64,000 nt of DNA, from positions 44,580,001 through 44,644,000 of the forward strand of contig CM052816.1 of the NCBI GenBank assembly GCA_028534125.1. The letters run 5' to 3'. The notes beneath the pieces were generated by a model, which saw only the letters and a list, made by a program, of their open reading frames with translations, did no database searches and had not been told where the DNA came from. Shown in pieces: positions 50,308 to 63,269 of the stretch (positions within the stretch are counted from its first letter, which is position 1; each line of letters opens with the position of its first letter). Position numbers and translations under genes: made by a program. This DNA is from Lama glama. Lineage: Eukaryota.

Positions 50308-53300
50308 CATTATAATAGCATTAAATTTGCTCCTTCTGGTATGGTTTTATTAAACTTTACTTCCCTAAATTTAAAAGCACAACTTTTTAAAAACCCACGA
50401 AAGATAATTAACATAAAGGTTTTCTAAAAGTTGGATCCATTTCAAATTTCATTTATCAAATTATGTTTTAAAAATTTAGCAAAGCTCAATAGCTGAATAC
50501 AGTCTCTAAAATTAATCTTATAAAAATTGCAAACCATTAGCGAGGTGGCAATGTATACACTGGAGTCCCTTAGTTGCTATGTATGGCTTTTCTGTGAAAT
50601 CCTGAAGCATCTGGAGGGGAGTGGTTGGTATAAACCAATGCCCTTCTCAGAACAATACCTTAATTAAAATCAGAAAACTCAGAAAACAAGAACTAGTTTT
50701 TCCTCTAAGAACAAAGTGAAGAAAGCATCAATCCAAGAGCATTTTCTTCAAGACATGAATAATATGCAATTTGCTAAAATATAAGTCTGAGACAAAGAAA
50801 AATAAACTGCTTCTACAAGTGAACTCTTGAAGACTTTTAGGAATAAATAGATTAAACAAACCAAATTTGGATTTACTATAACAACAGTTATGAAATATAT
50901 TCAAGGAGAAGATATTCAGGTTTTGGGGATTTCCATGAGAAAAAATCCAGGTAGCATGAATTTTAGATACGAGGAGGAAACTAATAGAAGTTTGAAAACT
51001 AAGAAACTTTGAAGAGCTTTGTCATAAAACATCTGTGATTGGAGAACTGAAAACTAGGCATAGGATTCCTATTTTAAAAGAAAAGTTCCTTGTCCTCCAC
51101 ATAGGCCTGAAAGAAGAAATTTTACATTATAATTTTTTGTGTTAGGAAACGTGTATGAAGCCTGCTGTCTTTCTTGCTGGCACAGAGAAAGCTCTTCGGA
51201 AATAAAATGAAGTCTGTTCCCTCCATAAGGACGACCTTCTGAAGTGTTTATATTGAATATGTTGGTTGTTATCAATACAAAGTAATAAATTACTAGATAT
51301 ACTGCGTTCTCTACCAATTTTAAAGAAAAGAAAGTGCTGTAGAAAACAGTTACTTCGCAATTATCTGTAAAATAAATTACTTCCACTCATTTTTTCCATC
51401 CCATTGTTTGCAATCAATCATCCACTCCCATAACACAGAAACCTGTCATTTTTGTATATCAGCAAATGTCATGCACAAGTTGAAGTATAATTATAAAAAC
51501 AAATATTCAGAATTTATTCTGTCAAATTTAAGCAACTGGTGCTAAATACAGGTATGTGTTGAGGAAAATTTATCTACATATACAAATATGTTTTTAATCC
51601 TAAATTGCTACTCTAATGAAATCTACATAACTTATAATTTAAATTACACCCACATGTACACTTAATTTAAATGACTTTCAAAAAAGCAAATAAATAGCTT
51701 GTTTCCTTGAAAGGATTAAATTACTAGAATGAATTTATGGCAATTTGGGAAAAAAAAGATTTGCATGAAAAAACATTATAGATTTTGGCTAAAATATTTA
51801 ATTTACAGGACAGTGTCCAGGTAATAAAAATATAAATTTAAAAAGTTTAAAGTTTATGCATTCATGTTTTCCCTCCCTCCTTTCTAGACTGCCTTAACTA
51901 ACCATTCGACCAGTATGGAAAGGTCTAAGAATGTTGCAGTAAATGTAAAATTAAAATTAGTAGAGGAAGTTAGGCTTAAAAATGCCTATAATATATCATT
52001 TATTTATAAAATGAGTACCAAAAGATGGTTTACAAATTCATTTTGTTGTATTTATATATGAGTAGGTTAATATTAAGATATAGATTAGTAACATTTTTTA
52101 AAACTGGAGAACTTATGCTAATTCTCTAAGAGTATAGTGAAATGATGCATACTACAACTAGGTGATTATATGGACAAAATGGACTGGGGTCGGTGGACAG
52201 ACGTTTACATGTTGCTACATATAAACAATTTTGAGGGTGTATAACACAGAGAGGAGAGAGGAAAAATGCAGACCAAAAGATCTGTGTGTTCATCCCTCAT
52301 ACATTCTGAAGATTTTTAAAAGGAATAATGAATAAAATACCCACATCAAGATATTCTATACTTTTCCAAAATTATTCTTAAAACTAAATAAGATTTACAA
52401 GGTAAAACTACCTAAAGTAATCATTTTATATAAATGAAACAATAAATTTTATCAGTCAGCCAGGATAAAATGATTTATTTGAAAGTCAAAATCTATTTCC
52501 ACCTATAGGAACAAAAGAAAATAAAGACAGTAAGATTATCAAGAGCTGTTGTGTTGAAAGGCGGGATGATTGTGGTTGGTGTATTTCCCTGAAATCCTCA
52601 TTGGTCCAGCTACTAAAAAAAAAATGTGATCACATTTCAAAATTAGATAGTATTAAAAGTAAGCGTTAAAATAAGTTGGTAGTTCTGGAGTGATACTTCA
52701 GACACTACAAATATATTTTTCCCCCTGCTATAAGTAGTGCACAAACAATATTTTTTGTTAAAAATACAGAATTAGAAGTTGTTTTTGGCATCAATTGTTT
52801 TGTCCTTTTATATAAAAATTTGTGCACTAAAATCTTTCAATTTATCACTCTATGTTCTGAATATTAATAAGCAAAAAAGCATTCATTCACTCAAATAAAT
52901 AAATGATTTATATAATATTTTAAAAGAGCAACTGATTGGTATATTTTCTACATTGTTAAGTTTTGAAAATATTTGAACATTTGCTCTAATACTGACCATT
53001 ATGGAAACCTTCTTCAGTTGGGGTCAGCTATAAACACCTGACTCCTCCAATCTAATATCCTCCCTATGTTTTCTTTACTTATGAACAAGTACAAATTTTT
53101 ATCTAAGATTTTCCCTGTTTCCCTCTGTCTCTTCCCTTCTTCTCTTGCTTTCACAGCTCTGGGACTCAGCGTATGACTATGACCCCTTTATGAGGCACTG
53201 GACATCCCAGCTCAAATTCTGGATCTGCCACTTGCCAAGGGAGAAGTTGGCAAGTGTCCTGAAGTCTCTCAGCCTCAGAGTTACTCTGCAGATCAAATCA

Positions 53301-53499
53301 ATACATGGATGCTAAATGAAATTTTCTCTCATTTCGTTACAAATATAATTGTATCATGCCTAAAACATAATTTGCTTTTCTGAAATAAATACTGTAATAA
53401 ATGCTATTTGGCTTTTTATAATCTTAAATTTATAGCTCTGGAAAACTTATTTCTAAGGTCACTGATTTCCTCCTAAAGTTCAAAGCTATATGGTTCAAT

Positions 53500-53790
53500 A
53501 GCATTTGACTCATCCTTTCTTAAAATTCTCTCTTCTTTTGACATCTGTGATACCACTCAGTTCTGGCTGTTTATTTTCAGCTCCAAAAGATTCTTGTCAG
53601 TCTCCTTGTCCTCTTATCCCAGGTGCCTATTCTTGCTTTATGTCTCTGTGCTGTTGCTGTTGTTATTTTCATGAATGAGTTTTCTTCAACCACTGAAGCC
53701 CCCTCCCCTAGAGTGAAATATCTAGCCCAGATTTCTTGCTTGATTTTCAACCTCATAAAAATATCCACTGATCCTCTCCATTTAGATGGG
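53500..53790 (+). mobile_element. L2 fragment
   Basis: agcatttgactcatcc...ctgtgataccactc...aaatatctagcccagatttc...aatatccactgatcctctccatttagatg. Confidence 0.6.
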
Positions 53791-54386
53791 CCCCGAGACA
53801 CTGCATATTAAGAACCCTTCAATAATAGAGATATATGGTGTTTTCTTCAAAAAGAAAAGAAAAGAAAAAAAAAAGAAAAGAAATTCCCTTCTACAAAAAA
53901 TTTCAGATACATGTCAGATGTCTTAGACTTCAAACAGGACTAGGTGGATTTTCAATATGATTTGACTGAAATCCTTCATAAAATTAAACCAGAATTCATC
54001 ACATAATTTTGGATGTTTTGACATTATTTTCTGCCACTAATGTATCTATGGTATATGCAAAGTGCTACTAAGAATACTTCAGGAAATGGCTACTGAGCGA
54101 AATGTCACTAAAAATATCTTCGTCTTTTTTCTAAACTTCCTAGGTAATTTGCAGATCACTCTATTCAAAAGCTTATAATGCACATTATTATTTTCTTTCC
54201 ACCTCATTGCACCACATTTTGACTTAACAGAAATCTTGCCTTCTATAATTTGTCAGTCTTTTTGCACTCTGTCTCTTAAACAAAAGAATCTTTTTAAAAG
54301 TTCAAGTCAACCTTGTCCCATGCTAATAGCTTAAGAAGACAGGAAGTGATAGGTGAAATATAGCTATCAAACTCCAGAGAGATTTT

Positions 54387-55740
54387 AATAAATACTTAGG
54401 AATAAATATGACCAACAAGGTGAAAGACTTATACGTGGAGAACTACAAAACATTAACTAAGTAAATTAAAGATGATTTAAAGAAATGGAAAGATCTCCCA
54501 TGCTCTTGGATTGGAAGAATTAATATTATTAAAATGGCCATACTTCTCAAAGTAATCTACCGATTTAATGCAATCCTTATTAAATTACCCAGGACATTTT
54601 CCACAGAACTAGAACAAACAATCCTAAAATTTATATGGACTCGCAAAAGACCCAGAATTGCTAAAGTAATACTGAAGAAAAAGAATGAAGCTGGAGGAAT
54701 AACCCTCCTAGACTTCAGACATTACTACTGGGCTACAATAACCAAAATAGCATGGTATTGGTACAAAAAACAGACATAAGGATCAATAGAACAGAACAGG
54801 AAGTCCAGAAATAAACCCACAAACTTTTGGTCAATTAATCTTTGACAAAGGAAGCAAGAACATACAATGGAGTAAAGACAGTCTCTTCAGCAAATGGTGT
54901 TGGGAAAACTGGACAGTTGTATATAAATCAATGAAGTTAGAATACTCCCCCACACCATACAACACAAAAATAAACTCAAAATAGCTTAAGGATTTAAACA
55001 TAAGACAAGACACAATAAACCTTTTAGAAGAAAACATAGGCAAAACATTCTCTGACATAAATCTTAGCAATGTTCTCCTAGGGCAGTCTACCCAGACAAC
55101 AGAAATAAAAGCAAAAATTAACAAATGGGACCGAATTAAACTTATAAGCTTTTGCATAGCAAAAGAAACTATAAGCAAAACAAAAAGAAAACCCACAGAA
55201 TGGGAGAAAATATTTGCACAAGATGAGACTGACAAGGACTTAATTTCCAGAATATATAAATAACTCATATAACTTTATAAGAAAAAACAAAAAAACCCAA
55301 TTCAAAAATGGGCAGAAGACCTAAACAAGTAATTTTCCAATGAAGACATACAAATGGCCAATAGGCACATGCTAATTATCAGAGAAATGCAAATCAAAAC
55401 TACAGTGAGGTGTCACCTCGCACCAGTCAGAATGGCCATCATTAAAAAGTCCACAAATGATAAATGCTGGAGAGGCTGTGGAGAAAAGGGAACCATCCTA
55501 CACTGTTGGTGGGAATGCAGTTTGGTGCAGCCATTATGGAAAACAGTATGGAGATTCCTCAAAAGACCAAAAATAGACTTACCATATGATTCAGCAGTCC
55601 CACTCCTGGGCATATATCCAGAGGGAACTCTAATTTGAAAAGATACATGCACCCCAATATTCACAGCAGCACTATATACAATAGCTAAGACATAGAAACC
55701 ACCTAAATGCCCATCGACAAGTGACTGGATGTATATCTAT
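54387..55740 (+). mobile_element. L1 ORF2 3' portion (decayed, frameshifted), lacking an adjacent 3'UTR/poly(A)
   Basis: ORF fragments [19 protein letters not shown]...WYWYK and [47 protein letters not shown] match the L1 ORF2 C-terminal region including the cysteine-rich motif. Confidence 0.97.
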
Positions 55741-56389
55741 ATGCAAAAAATAAGGTTGGATTCCTACCTCACACCAGACACAAAAATGAACTCCAGCTGG
55801 ACCTAAATAGAAGGTTCTGTAAGGCATTTATCCAACTAACAAAACACTGTTAGAAACATCTAATATATTTAATCATATTAATAAAGGTTTATAGCTCTGT
55901 TGGATACATTTGAGTAATTTTAGTAATAAAACACTTATAAGCATTTTAAAATTTTAAAAATAGGTTAGCTGTAAGAAAAAGTTTACTGGAAAGGAAATAT
56001 AATAATGATATACTTTATGATTTAACTTCTTTTAGAACTATTCATATGAATTACTTTGATTTTTAAACTAAATTCAAAAACTAATAATAAATTCAGAATT
56101 TAAGGTGAAAAAGTTTTTTGGGACTGTCTTCAACTATTTAGAAAAATTATGAAAATATGCATCTTATTTTCTTAAATAGAATATAGGCATTTATTTACTT
56201 TTAAATGAATATGAAGCACAAATGATATTTTGTTTTTCATCTGTCAATTTTTTTGACAAAATTATATGATAACCTAAAATTCTGCATTTCATGCTTCACT
56301 TTCTCAGCACACAAAAAGAGTCATTTTGGCAAAATATATTTAATGGCTTCAACATTTTCCCAAGAACCTTATTTAACCCTTTTAATTGA

Positions 56390-56520
56390 TTCATGGATGG
56401 ACCTGAAGACTGTCATTCAAAGTGAAGTGGGCCAGAAAGAGAAAGAAAAATGCCATATGACATTATTTGTATGAAGAGTCTAATAAATAATAACAATAAT
56501 AATGACACAAATGAACTAAT
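56390..56520 (+). mobile_element. L1 ORF2-end/3'UTR fragment
   Basis: catggatggacctgaagactgtcattcaaagtgaagt...gacacaaatgaact. Confidence 0.8.
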
Positions 56521-56807
56521 TATTATTTTGATTTCTTGAATATGTGTAAGCACGTTTGACTATCCTTTATGATTGGATTACCGCATTCTCTTGATTCTTA
56601 TTTTGTAGTTGGCTTTATTCCTTTGATAACTATGTAAGTTTAAAAAGTTAAAGATCGAATCTGTTCTTAGAAACAATAATCAGTACATACATGAAAACTA
56701 AAAAAATGTGCAGTATACTGTTTACATGTATTTATATGCAATATAATGTGTATGTGCAGTCAAACTATAATAATTCTACAAAATAAAACTGGAAAAAATG
56801 TATTTTC

Positions 56808-56920
56808 TTTTTTTTGACTGGTGCTTATTTTACATGTAATAACATTCCCTAATGTTAGGTGAAGAGCTTGATAACTTTTGACAAATGCATGCAGTATTCT
56901 AACCATCACTACATTATGAC
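56808..56920 (-). mobile_element. L1MB/L1MC-like 3' terminal fragment
   Basis: ttttacatgtaataacattccctaatgttaggtgaagagcttgataacttttgacaaatgcat...taaccatcact. Confidence 0.6.
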
Positions 56921-58649
56921 AGAGAAGTCCATGCCCTGATTTACTCACTGAACATCATGCTTGTTGACTTTCTGTTCCTTGTTAACTTTCTAACTCTGTC
57001 AACTTTTCACTTGTTAATCAGATCCCAATATCACTTCCATTGACTTCATGAAAATCTTCATCATTTGCACAACTTGCAATTTCACTTTTGTTTCTCCAAC
57101 ACCGTACTATTAAGCTAAACAAGCAGGAGTCATGAAATGAAAACATGAAAGGAAGTTTATCATGTTTTCAGTTTCCTTTTACATCAGGTTGATGTGTGTA
57201 TCTTTCTTCACCAATTCCCATTCCCAGATGAAAACTCAGGCGGGCCCCATGAGTTCACTGGTTACTCCTAGTACTAGTCTCAATTCAAAATTTTGACAGT
57301 CCAGATTCAAATAATAACTGAAAGGTTGAACTTGATACAAGTTAACCTTCCCAACTTCTGCACTTGTTAGAGGAAAAACCCTGAAGTCTCTTGGAGGCAG
57401 GGTGTAAGTTCCTTTCTCCCTACTTCCTCATATGGTATTCCCATATGCCATTACTAACCTTTCCATTACTAACTAGAGCTTCTATCATTTCCAAAAAGAA
57501 TAAAGTAAGTAAAGTTCAGAGAAATATGAAAGGAGGCAGGGGGGCCAGAGAAGGCAAAAGTTTCTCAAATAATTCCTCCTATTATAAGATGGTTTCAAGA
57601 TCTTTCTAGGGAGATACTTAAATCTACCACATTTTCTGTGTTTTGGGGAAGGCTCTTGCTGGATTTCTTCATTCTTAACTCTCGTGACACAATCACTGTT
57701 GCCCTTTGGCTCAGTGCTTAGTAAGTCCCCTCAGCTTCTTGCATCATCTTATGGCTAGGTTCCTTCATTCTGTGACAGAAGTTCTGACAATGCCCTCTTC
57801 TCTCTGACCTGGGCTGCTTTAGTCAGACTCCTGTCCTTTAGCACTCGGTTCACTGTGTTTTCCTAGAGCAAGGAAAACACTCCCAAGCTGCTTTGTGATT
57901 CAGTTGAAAATACAAGATGGGGAGCTGGCACATCCCTATTTATACTTACATGCTCAGACAATGAGAATCCCAACCATGCTCTAGCCAAGAGCATGGTTGC
58001 CAAAGATAGCCACACTATCTCCTTCAAATCCTTTCCAGTTGCCTATAACCTGACCCTTTAATAGTCTTGACTTGTGTTAGTAATCTAATTATGTTGATCA
58101 TTTACTTCAAATTTCTATTATTATGCCTCAGTCAAAATGGAGACAAGAATAATCCTGTTACAGAGATACACAATATCTGACAATGGGAAAGATAATGAAT
58201 TATACAAATACTGAGTTAGACAGTAGAGTTAACTTTTGGGGGAATTGCTTCAATGGATACTAATTTCAAAAATGCTCAGTTTATAATTTTCCAGTTATAA
58301 TGATTTTTGCTTTGATATTCAGCTTTGTAACTGCAAGAGTTTCTATATTAAAAATCCAAGTAAAGAGGATGAATGTCAGAATTATATATAATTTTTCATT
58401 AACTTGTAATTAGTTTATACTCATTTCATATAAAATGCTCTCAAAGCAAAGCACTTCATCTCTTTCTTTCATAGTACATTCTCCCTTTATGCCAAAGTTT
58501 CATATAATCAGCTCTATGGATCCTATAAAGGCAAAGATGTAGTTTTACACGTGGAACCTTTGAAAACTTTCCTAGTTCACTTTCCTAACTCTAGATTCTT
58601 CCCTAATAATCCACTGAATGTGTTACTATTGGCCTCATCTTCCTAATCT

Positions 58650-59230
58650 TCCAACTCTGATCAGATCATTATGTAATAGAAATGCTTCAGTGACTCCCTG
58701 TTGACAATAAAGTAAAACTCTAACCCCTTGGCCTGGCATCAAGGCTCTCCAGGATATGACCATCACTCTCTTTATCAGACTAATATTTTCCTATAGACCT
58801 TGCAATTCTCACAAACCTTGTTTGTGTGCAAAAGTTGCAGAACCTCTTTCAGTTCCAAGTAAGTGTCCAATGCTTTCTCATATCTCTGGCTTTACTTATA
58901 GGATCCCCTAGGACTGGGATATGTGGGACACACATGCCCACACTCCACGCATTTCTCATCTTTGCATTTCTAAATCTTATCCACTTCTCAAGATCCAACT
59001 CATAAGCTGACCAGTTGGCATTTCCTGATTCTTCCGAGGTATTCTAGTTCTTTCCTTCTTCTAAATTCCCACTTGACCTGTACCTACCTTATGATATTTA
59101 TTTCCTACTTAGATGTTCTTTTTCAGCTTATTTTTGTAGCTTCTTTGTGAAAGAAACTAATTTTATATGTCTTTATCTCACATAGAATTTAAGCCACTGC
59201 TTATACTTAATAGCCATACAATAAGATACA
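58650..59230 (+). mobile_element. L2 fragment
   Basis: atgcttcagtgactccctgttg...ccttggcctggcatcaaggctctccaggatatg...tcttatccacttctcaagatccaactc. Confidence 0.75.
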
Positions 59231-59659
59231 TTGGAAAAAATAGTAATTTCTATGGACTTGCCCTATATTGCCCTGTAATTGTACTGAATTTGAATACCTT
59301 TCAAAGTAAGAGAGAACAAAATTTATAATCCTAAACAATGCTTCACTGGTTTAGTATCTGTAGGCATTAGAATTCTTCCAAGTAACATACTTACTGCTAC
59401 TGATGACAAGTAAGCAAAAAAGCACCTTAGGTAAGTTACTCTCAATCTCAGCTTCCATATCTGTAAAATGGGAAAATAATACACTATAAGGATTAAACAA
59501 AACAGCACATATAATGGCAGACAGATAGATGTGCTTACTCAATTAAACGATGTCAAAATTCTTAACAGAATATAAACTGTCACGACTGCTATTGACTCAG
59601 CATTGTTCCTTAATTCTACTGCCTGTATACTCTTATTCCCTACTTCCTAAACCATTAAA

Positions 59660-59998
59660 ATAAATATTTTTTGTAAAATTAATATGTGCTGATTTAAAAA
59701 GACGATTATAAAGACGTGAAAAATAAAGAAAATCTTTCATATCGTTACCACCTAGCGATAACTAATATTGACAATTTGGTATCAACCATTTCAGACTAAT
59801 TTCTTTTCTATGTATTTATAAATGTATAAAATGTTTTATTAAATATACAATACTTAAAACTTGATTTTTTATTTAATAATTTATTATACCTCTTCTAAAC
59901 ACATACACATACATCTCTCTTTCTCTGTCAGTCTATCAACCTATCTCCCTATCTACCTACCTCTGCCTCTGAGAAAACACAGAGAGGAGTACTGTACA

Positions 59999-60055
<57 letters not shown>

Positions 60056-60350
60056 CATATCTACTTATAAATTCATGAAATTACCTAAAATTTTTGGTAT
60101 AGATACACAAGAGTATAATTTCTATGTTAAAATTAAGATTTTATAGATCCTGATACCTATTGCTAAATTGCAACAGTATACAAAATAACCATTTTTTCAC
60201 ACTTAAAAATCTGAGCATTAATATAAAAATTTACTAATTTGCTAAGTGAAAACTAGAATTTTATTGTTTTAATGGCATTTTTGTTTATTCATGATATTAA
60301 ACATTATCCATACATTTATATATATTTAGTTGTTTTATTGTATAATTCTA
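59660..60350 (-). mobile_element. L1ME-like fragment with internal (AT)n microsatellite
   Basis: taccacctagcgataactaatattgacaatttggtatc; tgatacctattgctaaattgc; aaactagaattttattgttttaatggcattt. Confidence 0.55.
60001..60043. repeat. (AT)n microsatellite
   Basis: Perfect AT run of about 21 units. Confidence 0.97.
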
Positions 60351-61344
60351 TCTCTAATGAGAAGTAAGCTAATTTTAACCTAAAGATACCTACATATTTA
60401 CCTTTTAAAGATTATTTCTTTCTAAGTTACAGTATGCAGAAAATAAATTGAAAACAAACAGTCAGCAAGGTGCTTTTAGAAGCTGACAGGATAATATATT
60501 TTAAAAAGAAGAGAAAATAAAACCAAGAGAACCACCAAGCACACAGTGCCTTAAACTCCCACAACAGTATACTAAAACACATAGAAGCATAAACACAAGG
60601 TTGAGTCATCACAAACATTAAAAGGTAGTTTAATATTAAAAAAAAATAAAATTGTGTATTAGTTCTTAGAAATAGTTCATCTAAATTGTTAATACTAGGT
60701 ACCCTAAAAGTTGATATTCAGTAGTCTAGAAATTTCACTTATGTGAATACTTTATTCCTATATGATAAAAGTTAAAGCATTAACTTTATCTTGTTATTCT
60801 ATTGTTATAAGATTCTATTTTTATAAGATTCTTTGTATACATATGGCTTTATGACTTCTGAGTATAATTTGGGGTATATGTCAAAGTGACATTTGGACTT
60901 CTCAACTCCTGTGTTATTTCCATACTAGTGTAAACAAGAATATAGTATAAATTGGAGGTCCAAATTATCTCATCTTAACTCTAAATTTTCACATAATATT
61001 TCCTTTTAGCTGAGTGAAGATGCACTAATTTTCTTTAAAAAATTATTTTTATCATCAAGATAAAAACACTGCTTAGAAGAATGCCTAGTGTATAGTAAAA
61101 ACTCAAGACATTTGTTGAATAAATAGCAATAAACAAAGCGACATGCTTAATTTTATGAACAAGACCATGTTAAAGTCAAATGATTACTGTCAACTCAAAA
61201 ATATTTAGTCATTATTCAAATATTTGATAAAATACTGTTTATATTCCTTACATATGTAATAAATTAATTTCACCGTGGCTATGAAAAGCATGCAGTATCA
61301 TCTAAAGAGAAAGCTCTTACTTACATAAGCTAATATTTACAACC

Positions 61345-61545
61345 CCTAGATTTTAGTCCTGTGGCTCCTCTAATAATTATGTGATATTGAACAAACTACT
61401 TAACCTTCCTTAGTATTATTTTCTCCAGCTGGAAAGTGGTAATAATAGTAACTCCCAATGCAGCACAGATGGTTGTCGTAAAGATAAAATGAGATAATAG
61501 ATGCAGAAGTGCTTTCAAATACAAAACTTACATAAACGCAGGATA
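61345..61545 (+). mobile_element. MIR SINE
   Basis: tgtgatattgaacaaactacttaacc...ttttctccagctggaaagtggtaataatagta...ggttgtcgtaaagataaaatgagataata. Confidence 0.85.
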
Positions 61546-63269
61546 ATATATAGATGTGTTCAGACAAAAGGAAAATCTGAACAAGTCCACAAATGCAGGA
61601 CAGCTAAATCTGACTGCAGTGCTTTCAATTCTGAATAGAGTTAGATAAGGAAAGATAACCTAAATAAATTCCAAAAGAACTAGGTTTCCTTTATAGGAGC
61701 AGCAATTTGAAATAGATTACCTCTAAATGTCCATGTTGTATTCTGGATACCGGCCAAAGCCTCACAGTATTTCTAAACAAGAATAGGCAGAAGACTGCAA
61801 ATTTGAAGTTTTCTGTGATCAAATTTTTTCTTACAAGTTAATTTTACTCCCTCATCTCCCAAATAAACGTACATGTAACTGACACAGGAAATCTCAGTTA
61901 TAGTCACAGTTGGACCACACTAGTATTGTGATCTAAAACAATTATTTTTCTTAATCTCTCAAGGCTTCATTTTTTAACCCTAGAAAAATGAAGAGTATGT
62001 ATACACTATTTCCATAGAGACTTTCAGAACTAAAGATGTACATAAATATAAAGTATAGACATGTATGTTTGTGAAAACTTTGCAAATCCATACATTACAA
62101 ACATTCAGAGAAAAAAATCAGAAATTCCCTAAGCTATTGATTCAGTAATACTGTTTAGCACCTAAAAGTTGCCAAGCATTGAACTAGACCCTACTGATAC
62201 CAAAATAAATAACCAGGGTTCAATGGTTCTTAATAGGATGGAATATTTCAATAAACAAAGAAGACAAAAGTATGTACATTTATTTATGAATTATGCATGG
62301 AAAAGACTCCAATCCCTGGCTCTTACCACTTAGCCACAGAATATGAAAACCGAGCACTTTTAAAAAGTTAAAATGTTTTTAGGTTGCTTTTTAATTTCCA
62401 GGAAAATAAAGATTTAAGAGATACTTTTCAATATTCAGAGGGAAGGCTTATGTACATATGTTCTATTGCCAAAGGATTGTCTAGAATCGATGGCATTGTC
62501 TATTCAAAACCTTAAATTAATAGCATATAGCTTTCAATATATTCCCAAATTGCTGTCATATTTTAAAATAGGTATGTACCAATTGAGTTTCATTTCATTT
62601 AAACTTTGGAACTAGAGACATTCAAATCAAAATAAAAATAATTCCAATTAAAATTTAAGCTTCTTAAAAATAAAGTTAAATTTCATATACAAAATGGTTC
62701 TGGTTTAATAAAGCTAATTATTTCTTACCTTGCTGATTCCTTTATTACAATAATATTTACCAATTTTACTGGTTTCTGGAATCGACTCTTCTTCATTTTT
62801 TAAAACACTGTTGCCTTTGTTTTATTCCATTTCTAAACAATTTAGTCCCTTAAACAGCTTACAATTTTTAAAAGTGTTACTTTCATCTTCTACCTAGAAA
62901 ACTCTTTCTGCTTTTGTTTCTTCTATATAGTTATTGATAGTCTGACTGAGAAATAATGGCATTGTATAACTTTCAGATAATATGGTCAACATAATAAACA
63001 TAAATTGGAATTAATCTGTGTCCTGATTTTTTTTTCACAGAAATAGTTAAGAGTGTATCATGGAGACTATTGGTGTTTTATACCCATTATAATAAACTTT
63101 CAAATAAATGTAGATTGTTGATAGAAACATAGAGCTACATGGAATGTTTTCTAATTTTGGAAACATAATTATTTAATTTATTTTCTTCAAGGCTCTGGGT
63201 AACATCAGCAAAAGTATCCAGTTCATCAACCTACATAGACATCTCCACTGGTGTTTCAAAAGCCACCTT

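Noticed and set aside
51069..51386. 105-aa minus-strand ORF
   Set aside because: Non-ATG start, AT-rich codon composition, no recognisable homology or matching splice pair.
54534..55664. ORFs of 81-145 aa on both strands
   Set aside because: Plus-strand ones are frameshifted L1 ORF2 fragments and minus-strand ones are their antisense shadows. They are not host genes.
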